A stretch of 64,000 bases of DNA from Syncephalis fuscata S228 (Eukaryota > Fungi > Zoopagomycota): assembly GCA_025786725.1 (NCBI GenBank), contig JAHLTZ010000036.1:186001-250000 (forward strand), given 5' to 3'. The notes under the pieces are model-generated. The model had not been told where the DNA came from. It saw only the letters and a program-made list of their open reading frames with translations, and made no database searches. This document shows positions 17,612 through 30,141 of the stretch, in pieces (position 1 is the stretch's first letter; every line of letters begins with the position of its first letter). The position numbers and the translations under genes were made by a program.

Positions 17612-20458
17612 CACATGAACAACACCATTGAACACGTGCCGAAAATCCATCCCTTTTGTTTTGTACATGCTTGTACAGGCGTTGTCTTCACGTGGCAGGC
17701 CCAATAGACGGTTTGCCGTTGCCGTTTTCTAAAATCAAACCACAACATCAACACGAGCAGCATGATGATGAACAATGAACCTATGACGGTCACAGTAAGT
17801 AACCATCTATTATTGTTATTATTATTATTATTAGTATAGCTCATGGTGGACATCACCCATTCTATCAGGTCATTTGCTTTTTACAATTGCCATTGCCATT
17901 CTTTGACTCTTTACCTTTTCTTTCAATTTATGTTTTAATCGTTTTTATACGATTATTTCAACATTGATGCTCTTAGCTGTATTTCCAGCTACCAAGTCTT
18001 TTATTTAAGCCGGTAGTTATTTATTCTTCCATCTTACTGTAGCGTACTATTACCACCATTATTCCATAGTCCTTGACATTATCGTCAACTATTTAGCTAT
18101 TGATTAATTTACTTGATCTTATCCATTGATTTTAGTTATTACGTTAGTCCACGTGTCTCGTTATACATAGCTCGCTAGCTATAGTAAGGCGTCTTAAAGT
18201 GGTAAGTAGTCCAACGCCAACTCTTTATTATTCTTCTTCTTCTTGGATCGATGAGTGCTATTATAATGATCATTATTTGTTAAAAGGGCGGTTGTTGATA
18301 TGGCGGCGTTATTGCCAACCCTCCTTTGCTTGCTCCGGTTTATCATCGATGCATGTCGTCACTGCTGGTGGCACAGACAAAAAGGACACGTGTCGTCTCT
18401 GTCTTTCTGTCGTTTCTGTCTCCTCTTTCACATGACCCTTTTCTTTCTATTCCTGATGTGGTCATGGTTGTTCACAGTGGCCTGCATGATGTATCTGTTC
18501 ACACCCTTGTGAAATGTGGTAATGGCCGTACATCAATTGGCATACCAATCAACTGTTTGTCGCTGCTAGATATGCGCATAGATATGGCGCGTGTTCTATT
18601 GTGTGTTAACAGGTGTATGTAGCTGTAAATGTAACCGTAAATGTAGAGGATATGTAGATGTAACCGTCGTTGCAAATGTGGTTGCGTGTGTGAGAGTGCG
18701 TGTGACCATTATAGTCTAGATGCCGAGCACACCATGTCATGGTAATAGAGCCGTAACATCAAACAGCAGTACCATACTATATAATGTTTCAGTTAATTCG
18801 TTTGTTAGTTATTATTTAATTATTTATTGTTACAAGGTTGACATGCAATACTATTGGGTAAATTGCCCTTGATGACCTGTTTATAGCAAATTAACAAATG
18901 ACATGATCACTGGTAATTAATGTACCGATTTAACATTTGTCTTGCCTGTTTCAAGGTCGGTAGAAAGGTTGAAACCATTTATCCTCTTTGGATGAAACAA
19001 AACACGTGCCAATAGACCAGCATGAACAGATCGTGTCCATCGGATGATGTTGCTATTGATAATCACGAATTAATGTGTCCTTGTCTAGACACAAGTATAT
19101 AATAGATGAGTGATCACACTGATTTGTAATATATAGATGGGAATGATTAAATATTGTGATTGCTAGTAATATTTGTATGTATCTATGAACATGTGTATGC
19201 TACAAGTGAGACAAAGGAGTATGTGTGCCTGTGTGTGTGTGTTAAGCCAGCCCATGTGCACGGCATGTCCAACGATATCCACCACATGCTCTCCATCTAC
19301 GCATGGTCATATCATCTAGATGCTGTCTGTGTACACACAATGGCCGTGTAGAATTATAAATGAACTGTCCCTAATAATAGAGCACACATGGTCAGTGACT
19401 TGTCGTTCACCTTATACCGGTTATTCTTTAGCAATCCATTATCGCTTTTTAGTTTCTCGCTTTCATTCTTTATTCTTACGCTTAAGCCACCGTGTCACTC
19501 GTTGCTTTACCATTAATCATTGTTGTTATCGTTATTGTTAATTATTATTGATCTATTGTTTTATTATTCCTTCTCTCTCTCTCTCTCTACCTATGATCCA
19601 TTATTGTTATAGTGGTGTAAGCCTTATCCTTGCCATTATATCGCCATTTCCATCGCCGTTACTAGCCAATAGTCTAATTGTTTAATTGCCTATTTGTTCG
19701 CCAGTCTATTAGCCATTGTCGTCACGCCTATCGTTGTCGTCGTTGTTGTTATTGTTGCTCGTATTCATACTGTATTCATTTGCCTTGTAAATCCATTTGG
19801 TGTAGCCACATCTCCTATTTTCCCCTCATTGCCTTCTCCTTCTCCTTTCGATCGCTGTTACTGTTACTGTCACCGCCACCACATCATCACCGGCTTCTCT
19901 GTCCCGTCTCTCCTTTGTGAAAGAGCTGACGGTTTGAGCCCCGTTCTTTTTTATTGCTACCACCTGTTACTACCACCATTTCTGTTACCGCTATTTCTAC
20001 TACGTTGTTACTATTGTTGAGGTGCAATACTTTGATTTTATTCTCGTAAGCTTTGCTCTATTACGCCAACGCACAAGAACTAAAGGTAGGCTATTTCTAT
20101 TTCTATTATTGTTGGGAGTGGTGGCTATTCTACTATAGCATTGATCTCGACTTGTATGGTTACGCATTTTGCCTATTTTCTTTATTTTGCCGATGATGGT
20201 TATGCTTGAACCGATATGCCGACGGCAATTGTGGTCTCTTGTCCTTGCTTTTTCTCCTTGGAAATATAGGTGTACGCGCGTGGGCGCGTGACTTGTCCTG
20301 TTCTACCTGTCCCTTCGCCACTGCACATTGCGATGGTGATGATGATGATGGCCACACCCACCCATCCACATACAGTGACTACTACTGCACTTGCCATTTT
20401 TCTTTCCCGTTCATTTTCGCTCTGCCTTGTTTGCCGCGTGGCAAATGGCATCCACATG
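17612..20458. promoter_or_regulatory. E-box-rich upstream region of the bHLH gene
   Basis: CACGTG at 17633, 17689, 18150, 18387 and 19003; CACATG/CATGTG at 17612, 18429, 19190, 19253, 19283, 19385 and 20453. Confidence 0.5.
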
Positions 20459-20996
20459 TCCGGGGATCCATTTTACCTTTTTTGGATGCACAGTATGGCA
20501 TGGACATACTCACACACACACACACGCACACACAATGAGTGGGTGATGGATTGGCCATGGCATGTTTTAATTCTAAATACTTAATCATTGTCTACGGGAA
20601 TAGATAGAATTGGCACGACAGAGCCACGCCTTTCTTCTTTGCCACTCCAGTCTCTTTATTCTATTCTATTCTATTCTGTCTATTCAATTGTCTACAGGGT
20701 CTATTGTTCGTATTATTTGCCCTTCTACTATAATTAAGCTTGTTTAATCTCCTATTCTGTAGTAACCGTTGATTTGTATCTGATTCGTGACAACGTGGCA
20801 AGCTGTCACTACTTGTTTTCGAAACGTGTATAGGAGTACTATTGCTATTTGAAGCGATCCTATTTATTGAAACAGTTCTATTTATTGATATTCATTGATT
20901 GCTTCCACTTTTAGTCTTCAAATCTTTTATTATTCACTTTGCTTTTATTTCTTTTTATCGCTGTGTTTACACATATTGACCACATTATTATTTAGT

Positions 20997-23171
20997 ATGC
21001 CACGTGTACTTGCGCCTGGTGCGCGATTCGCATCCAACACCAACACTACCCATCTCTATCAACAACAGCAACAGCAACAGTACCAGAGTCACCACCATCA
21101 ACAACAGCAACAGCAACAACAGCCGCTCGTATCATCTACGTTACAAGAGGCGATATCGTTTGATACCATGAATACTCATCATTCATCATACTTTAATGGA
21201 TCAGGTAATTAATACGCTTTATATACTATTACAATAAACTAACAACTGATGTATGTACTTATTAGATCCCCACGCACATCGACGTGCTTCTATTACAGGT
21301 TACGAATCATCACTGCCTGTTCATTCCACTGCTACTACTACCAGTACTTCTTCTACTTCTACTACTGCCAATTCATCTACTATTATGACTTCTTCTACAC
21401 TACCATCCATTTCAGGACTGGCCTTGCCTTGTCCCACCACAACAACGGCATCTGATCTACCGAGTACAACTTCTACAACTTCTGGTCCATCTACCGCTTT
21501 GTATACCATGAGACGCAGTTCCATGACCGATCCTTTCCTGCATGCTTCCAACAATTACCACTCGTCTCATTTATCTCACGATAACGGTTCTAATAATAAT
21601 AACATAAATAATAATAATACCAGTAATAATACCAGTAATTCTAATTCTAATAACAGCATATCGTCCAAAATGGCCCACCGAGTCACTCTATCAAACGGAA
21701 ACAATAGCACAACTATGGTGGATACCACGGGCATGAATCCATTTGGTAGACGCCACTCGATTGCCGCTACGACAATGGCCATCCATAGTGGTAGCAGTAA
21801 CGCTACCAACAGCAGCAATAGTAACAGCAATACACATAGTCCTTCTATGAGTATGGCTACTATCAAGGAGTATGAGCCTATTATGACACCATCGGCCATT
21901 GGTAGTGCCAATGGGCATCATAGCCAACACAATAGCTTTATTGCTCCATCCAATAGCACCACCACATCGATGTCAAGTCGTAAACGTATAAGATCCAATT
22001 CACCCATCGGTAATGGGCTATTGAGTGATATCAACACATCTACCACCATGTCACCCACTGTATCTCATGTTATGCTGACCTCTAATGGATTGAATAACAA
22101 CGGCAACAGCGCATCTATAGTTGGATTTAAACGATATGGCTACAATCAAACTGGTATGGGACAATTTAGTAGCAGTCCCACATTACCGGGTGCATCTCCA
22201 AGTATTGCTCATAATACAGGTGGTCATCCACAGCCTAGTTATGAACATAACCACACATCAATGCCACATTATAACATTAATACGAATAATAGCAATGGTA
22301 TGATGTTATCGGGTAGACGTAACACGATGCCGTGCATTACGCCCTTCAAGAGTCAGCATCATCCATCCCACCAACATCCATACAGTATGGCTGAAGAGAG
22401 TAATGGCGAAGGTCATTATGTATGTTCACCAGATGCTGGTGGTAATGACTCGTCATCATCTTCACCGTCGCCATCATCGATGACCCATAATAGTCATGGC
22501 AGTGCAGCAATGCAAGGAACGATGATGTTGGGACACCATAACGGTGTTGGTGCCGGTAATATGAATAGAACACGGCGTAGGGCATCGTTGGCGGTATTCA
22601 ACAATATTGATGCTAGTCATCATGGACATCATAGCGGTAATGGACCCCGACCCGAGGCACCCTATGCACGTTCACCTGAACTACGTATTACTCATAAATT
22701 GGCAGAGAGACGTCGACGACAAGAAATGAAAGAGCTATTTGATGATTTGCGTGAAGCATTGCCCGTTGAACCACATTTAAAGACCAGTAAATGGGAAATA
22801 CTAACCAAAGGTAAATAGAAATGCTATAGAAATGTTATATGCAGACTTGTACTAACTGGTTTGTTGTAGCATTGGAAACAATTCATTCGTTAAGGGATCA
22901 ACAAGTGGACATGGCAGATGAAATCAAACTACTGAGACAGCAACTGAATAATGCCGGTATTGCACCCGTAAATGGGCCATCGTCTTCTACTTCCATCACG
23001 TCTAACAGTATGAATATAACGGCGACAACCAATACGTCCGGTAATATGACAGCTCAATCACCTGAACAAGTATCACAAGATGAGACAGTGTCGGCGACCC
23101 ATGTTGTCTACACTACAACAACAACGACGACAACGAACACGGCCCATGAGATGAAAGAAGAAGCGATGTAG
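20997..23171 (+). CDS. bHLH transcription factor, S. pombe Esc1-like
   Basis: PYARSPELRITHKLAERRRRQEMKELFDDLREALP...KTSKWEILTK|ALETIHSLR. Long Q/N/S/H-rich N-terminus with RRxS (PKA-type) sites; introns at ~21205-21265 and ~22811-22869. Confidence 0.9.
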
Positions 23172-23728
23172 ATTACCAGATGACTAGCAATGAATAAGCA
23201 ATCATAGTTACAATTCATTTTATTAATCTAGCATCTAGTATCTAGTAGTATCTATGGTCTTTATTAAGAAGTATATTATAGTATAGTATATACTATATAC
23301 TATCTATATACTCTCTTTCTGGTCTTTCGTGTATTTGATTATATTATTTTCTGTTCTGTCTTGTTATTATATCTGGTTTTATTGTTATTATTATATTATC
23401 ATTTTTATATGTGACGTTTCTCTACATGTTTTAATGCTTTAATCTTTTTGTGATGTTTAATGATTTTATTGAATACAATGAGTTAATATGTAAATATTAT
23501 ACGTATTTATTACGATGTTATCCTATAAATATGATTTATAACGTTGTCAAATGACTACTGTTTTACGATTGCGTATGATTAATTAAATGCAGTCAATGAT
23601 GACATATTTATAGTCATTTATCAAATCACGTCTTTTTTCTTTTTATTTACCATTTCTATTCAATAACTTGCTTGTAGTTTCTACGGCTATTAAGAAGCTT
23701 GTTTACTTGTCTAGTTATTCACTTGAGT

Positions 23729-26700
23729 ATGGTAACATTTGGTGCTTTGACCCCTTTAAAGGGGCCGTTATCGTCTAGTCTATCTGTGCCTACAGGTAGC
23801 CAGTCATTGTCCTCGTCATTAGTCTCACCTCTAGCGAATAATGGATCAGCCGGTCAGACAAATAGTGGTGCTGGCGACAATAAGCCTCTAGTCAATGACG
23901 ATAGTGTAAATAGTGGTGCTTCTGCTTATTGCATTGCGTCATGTGGCGGAGATCTATTGATTGCACATGGCCAACAACTTCAATTGGCGAACTTGCGTGA
24001 TATAGAGGATGCAGCTCGACACGTCACTGTTAAATCTACACACAAAGACACACCGTCTTTACCACCACCACAGCAGCCAGTACTAGGTGACACATTAGGT
24101 GGTGTATGGCCACTACCCACTCTACTCGAACAAGTAAATACTTGGGTAATTAGTTAATGTTAATACAAAGTGTGACTGCATGCGCTAACCAATACTGTGT
24201 AGATACTTGAAGCGGATGCCATTAAATTTACTGTTAAGCATTTGTCTGTATCGCCTAATCATCGATTGGTCGTTGCAGTAGGAGAATATCAAATGGCTAT
24301 CATTGCTTTGCCGACAGGTCGTCATCATTACAATCCGTTGAAATCGTCGTCAGAAACAACAACCACGGCCAATTCGGCTAAATCTTTAGTAACATCGCTT
24401 TATTGCTCGTAGGTCATTATAATAGATAGAATAATAGTATGCTTATAGTTATTTATATATTAGGAGCTTCCTATTAGGCCATCAATACCATAATAATAGC
24501 GGAGAGTCAGCACGTATTTTAAAAGTGGACTGGCATCCATTAAGTGAAGCAGATGTTCATTTAGGTGTATTAACCGATGATGGATTAATAAGGTAGATAA
24601 ATAAATAAATAAATAGTGAGCTGTATAATTAATAAATTGATTTGATTAGATTATATGATTTGGGAAAGAATTTGGAAGAGCCAGAACAATTGATTGATTT
24701 GACAGATCGATTAGGATTTAAACAAAGATTACGTAAAAGCGCTGGATCAAGTAAAAATGCATCGATATTTGCTGTTGATCCTGAAAGTACACAAGTAGTT
24801 ACTTTTTCATTTGGTCGATCTGAAACGAGTTGGTCTTCAATGGCCGCCTATGTACTTATGTGTAATGGCGATATCTACACCGTCTGCCCTATTCTACCAC
24901 GACGATAGTAAGTAGTCTAACTAAAAAGTAGCATTGATGTTTAAGTTTATTTGTAGTCGACTGAGAACAAGCCATGTTCAACAAATGCTTACTCAAGCTG
25001 AGCGTGACCGTGTTGAATTGGGCTTTTCAGATGATGAGGCCAAATTAGAATTGCTTGGGCGAGAAATTGAATGGCTTTCACAGCAGTTATTATTAGGCAC
25101 ATCATCGAGTAAAGGCAAAGAGTTGGCCGATAGTATAGAGTCGACCGACGGTGATCCTATGATCATTGTGACTCATGAATCTAAGACAAGTCAATTGTTA
25201 CCGGATGTCAGCGCACAAGGCCCATATTTGATGCAACCAGCACCTTGGGAGATTGACGATAATATTCATGCAGCCTGTGACTTATTATGCCTGCCGACTA
25301 ATCCAACTGATTTAATTGTCATTGCTTATACAAATGGTAAATTGGATGTCTGTGTGGCAGCCGATCCGCCTGAACCAAGTACAGGTGTTTGTTTTTGGGA
25401 TCAGGTAATATGAACGAGTTTATTAAATACAGCTATTAACTTATGGACTGGTTAGGATGAGCTCGATCTGCCTTGTTTAGTAGTTCATGAATGCTTACAG
25501 CTATTTGAATCTACACCGAATATGGGACAGTTAACGCGTTTAATAGCCGATCCATCTCATATTGATATGTTTTATTGCTATCATGCTGATGGTGTATTTC
25601 TTATTGACTGTCATGCCTGGCTAAGTATTATGGAGAAGTGGTGGATATCAGAAGGTGAACTGGATTTAGATCAAGCAGAGTTGCCAGGATCTACAGTTAA
25701 GAATCTATTACGCTGTGTTTCTGACACACCAGTGAACAGGTAGGTTATTATTATTGTTATTATTGTTATTATTGTTATTATTGTTATTATTATCAACAGT
25801 GCAGTATAATATTAATGGGTGTCAATATATGTATTTATTAGTTGTCTTGACGAAGATGTAGAGGGTGAGACATGGCCCATAAATTCATTTGAATTGTGTA
25901 TTATCAATGACGCAGCCATTAATTACTCCATGGTCTATGTGTCAGTTCGAGAACAATTGGTGCTGCAAGAGTTACAGCCTCGATCTGAATTAGAAGGACT
26001 TCGGTTAGGTGCGAGTGATGTTGATGAAGAAGTAGATGCCGAACATGTATCATTATTGAATATCGATGTCTTTTCAGGTACAGGTACTACAGCAACTACG
26101 ACACCATATCAAGATACAGCTGGTCCAAGTGATACGAATAGAACATCCTATGCCACACTACTTGATGCCAATGATAAATCAAAGAATGCTGCCCAGCGAT
26201 TAATGGCTTTAACGAAAAGTCTACAAGATAATGCAGCACCTCGTCTTGTACTACCCCAATCACTTAGTAGAGGTGTGGAAAATATTGATTTCGATAATGG
26301 CGATGATAAAGAAACGACTGCTCTATTAGAAGGGCATATACAACATTGTAAACAAGTTATTGAAGCATATCTATTGCGTATAAAGACCGTAAGAGAAGCT
26401 GTTAACTATATGGGAAAACGGTAAATAATATATATAGTATATATAATATAAGTACTAATATCTTTTTATTAGAGCAACGACACAACAACAGGAAATTGGC
26501 CGACAAAAAACGGTTATCGACAATTACGGTCATAGAATCCAAGATGAATTGCAAGAACGAGCTACCACCACCAATGAACGTATGGCTAAATTGTTGGAAC
26601 AACAACGACGATTAACACGACGAGCAGCCGATTTGACACATCGATCCGCCGCCTATCGAGATCCATCACTTAACAAAAAGGAAAAAGTCTTTTTAGAAAC

Positions 26701-27183
26701 ATTACAAAGTATGAAGCAGAAATTAGCACAAATGTTTGAACGTATTGAACAGGTAAGTAATTGGTCAAGATTAAAGCGTATTAAATAACACTAATGCATA
26801 ATTATATAGATTTCATATGAGGTTAAACGAGTACAACGACAATCATCAGGAAAAACGACAACTACAACAACAACAACAACTACGACGACTACATCGGGAG
26901 GATTGTCCAATCATCGTGAATCAACTGTAACAACACAAACAGTTGATCGATATGGATCCAATGGTGTGCCAGTAGAACAATATGAAGAGATTGAATGTGC
27001 TTTACAAAGCGAGTAAGTATTTTCTAATAGTTATACATAATTATATTGATTAATGTTATATAGACGAGTATGTTAAATAGAGCGGTAACACTACTTGAAC
27101 ATATACAAGACCGTATGAAATCGATGGGGATTGACGATACTGAAGATAAAGGAAATGAACAAGGCACACACATTAATAAATAA
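23729..27183 (+). CDS. NUP82: Nucleoporin Nup82/Nup88, multi-exon
   Basis: KVDWHPLSEADVHLGVLTDDGLI|RLYDL, W...YVLMCNGDIYTVCPILP and QGPYLMQPAP motifs, plus a C-terminal coiled coil (PSLNKKEKVF). The last exon needs one extra base at ~27064. Confidence 0.85.
25745..25793. repeat. (TTATTATTG)n microsatellite inside a NUP82 intron
   Basis: Visible tandem 9-bp / TTA-based repeat. Confidence 0.8.
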
Positions 27184-27441
27184 ATACTACTTGGTCTATG
27201 TATACTATGATAATTAAAATTATGATTATTATTTCACGACTGTGCACAACAAACAAACAAACAAATAGAAAAAAGAAATAGAGAGAAATAGGTTCAAACA
27301 TTCAAGATAAAGACGACATAGGTAGGAATATGAGAATAGGAAATATTGTTATTACTTTAAACAAAAATATTAAAAAAATCTGAATAAAAGACTTGTAAAC
27401 ATTGAATTAACTGGAGTCAATACGTTTGTATCTAAATGGTA

Positions 27442-30141
27442 TTAGTTTGAAGTAAATGGCGGTGTAGAAGAACTTGATGAATTTAACAAAGGTGACGAAG
27501 ATACTGAGGACGATGTCGAGGTTAACATAATATTATCGGTATCTTCATGACTATGAATACTACTATTGCTACTACTACTATTAATATGATTGCTAGTATT
27601 AGATGGTGTAGTAGTAATGCCAAGTGTATCGATAGTCTCTTGTTCATCGTTAGTCATAATAGTCATGGGACTAGTATGTCTAGAATTGTTTTCTGAAAGC
27701 GTATTTAATGGCAGAGTAAATGTAGTACGAGATGTTGTGTGCTGTGCACGTTGTTCAGCACGCACCATCATATTGGCATAATCATTGGTTTCCATTAATA
27801 CGCGGATCTCTTCTAGTAACTGGATATTATCATCGTGACCTGATGGATTAAATGATAATGAAGTACTGCTACTGTTATTGCTGCTGTTGCTAATAGTGTT
27901 ATTATTTGTGGTGGTGATGCAAGGCCAGGTGATGTTTGATTTAGTGTATCATCGAGTGCTAATGGAGAAAGCATTGGCGATAAATGAGTGGTTGATTTAG
28001 AATCAGTTAAATAGTCGGAAAACTTTTCTATGGGACTGCTAATTACCGAATGATCATCCTCGCACTATGTTGTTTTACAGAGATTGGTGATGAGGATTTA
28101 GTAGTGGTGGCTGTAGTAGTCGTGGTCATATCCACTTGATTCATATCAATCATATCCTCAAATTTAACTAAATCTGACAATGAATCTGAATCCATAGAAT
28201 CACTATTGCTATTGCTGCTGGTAATGGTGTGGGCAGTAGTAGCAGTAGTGGTAGTTAGCTCGGCCATTAGTGAATCGTAGCGTTGTTATGATATTTATGC
28301 GTATTGAATCTAGAATAGAGGCTGTTGTTGCTGTATTTGTGGAATTAGTGGTAGTAGTGGTGGTGGTGTGAACATTGCCCATGCTATAGTCGTGCCATGT
28401 TGGAAACATTAGTTTGTCAGATGACTCGTTTGTGTTGGCCATTGCTCGGGCTGAATAAGGGTTTGTTTCCCGTGTGGTATGCGATAGATTAGATGGGGAG
28501 AATACATTAGACCATGAGCTATTGGATTCGTTCATATTGTGTAGGCTATTGTAATGGCCACTATTCATGGACGAGTTTGAAAATGCTGTGGCGCTAATGT
28601 TATTTAATGATCCAGATGATACTGATGTTAATAATGGTGCTATGGGTGGCGATGTCGTACTTGATAGAATCGATGAAATATTAGGATTGTTACTTGAATT
28701 ATTGGCGGATGTAGGGAATGACGGTAGCCAATTAGTGTAAGAGTTGAGTTGTTGTTGTAGTTTTGTTGAATCGGCTAGATTTGCTGAAGTGTAGTTATCG
28801 TATTTCATCGTGGCCATCATGGCTGTTGGATTAAGGCCGTTTAAGCCTGTATTGGTCGATGATACATTAGTGCCAAATGGAGCAATTAGACTAAAGGCTG
28901 GATAGTTCATTTTAGATGGGCTCATAAAGGGGAAGCTAGTGCCCATTGTGGTGTTAAGTGTTGTTGATGTCGAAATGGCGTTGTTGTTACTCATACTTGT
29001 TGGTAGTGATGGTGGGCCCGCTGTGGTCATCATAATGGACTGCCGTTTGTTTAGCATAGTAGTTGGACGTAGACGTTTGGCTGAATTGCCTATAGTATTC
29101 ATGGTGTTGGCGCGTGATGATGTCGTGAATTCGGGTGCACTAATCACACGTCGTTTTTTTGTCTTATTATCAATACAGCCAGCGTTTTTTAACAGCATTG
29201 CCGATGACGAAGACACTGAAGAGGACGCCGACGAGGACGATGAAAGTAAAGGCGTTGAAGGTGTACTCGATACTTTAGACGACCGTTTCCGGGATCGCCC
29301 ACTAGATACAGGTCCTTTAGTACGTGAACGTTTCATAGTGCCATCTGCTTGGATCTCTCTATAAAAGTTCTCGTGGATAATCCAATAAGAGCCTTTTCCT
29401 CCTTCGCCTGGTTCGCGTGGCACACGAATAAAGCATTCGCCTAGTGTTAAATTATGTCTAATCGAGTTCTATTTCATAGTTAGTAAATAGAATAGTAACA
29501 GCATAAAGCAATTTAATAAACGAACCTGCCAGCCGTGTTCATCCATTCGGTAGTAGGGATGTCGTTCGGCAATTGATTTGTAAATGCTAGCTAGTGTAAG
29601 TTACCATGTTCCGAGCAGAAAATAGCCTGACTAATAAGTGATCGGTACGACAGATTTGGCTTGGTATGTGTATTATCCGGTACGCGGGACAACTCACTGC
29701 CCATGCTACTAGTCAATTGAGCATGGCGGTAGTTATGGCCATAGGAGCCGTGGCGATAAAGGCCGGATCTTTAAGACTGAAATCGCCACATGATACCGTA
29801 CCCAAAGAGGTGTGTAGATTATTTTGTGTCGATAGCGAACGATCTAAAGGTAGTGTTTTGGGCAGAGCAGTTAGGCTGTGATAGCCGCCGCTAAAGATAT
29901 TCGACATAGAGCTGATCGATGCAGGGATAGCTGCGCTGTTTGGCGATATTGATGCAGCAAATAGCTTGGGTGCAGTTAGTTGGTTCGAAGACATTGCTTT
30001 GTTCGGCAGCTTTGTCATTAAACCCATGGAGGACGCGGTGGACAGTGTCGGACAAAACGATGAACTTGTCGTCACCAGTGCCGGCTGGTTCTGCCCAAAG
30101 GAGCGCGACGGAGCAGTAGGTAAATTGTTGTAATCACACAT
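27442..30141 (-). CDS. Forkhead transcription factor, frame-disrupted in this assembly (possible pseudogene)
   Basis: Reconstructed [20 protein letters not shown](K)[25 protein letters not shown]|[29 protein letters not shown] with intron 29469-29525. At least five frame changes (~29759, ~29601, ~28285, ~28063, ~27905-27950). Confidence 0.85.

Noticed and set aside
17611-20588. Numerous short ORFs (including a TM-like 81-aa ORF at 17611-17856) upstream of the bHLH gene
   Set aside because: Low-complexity, microsatellite-rich regulatory or UTR sequence with no recognisable domains or consistent exon structure.
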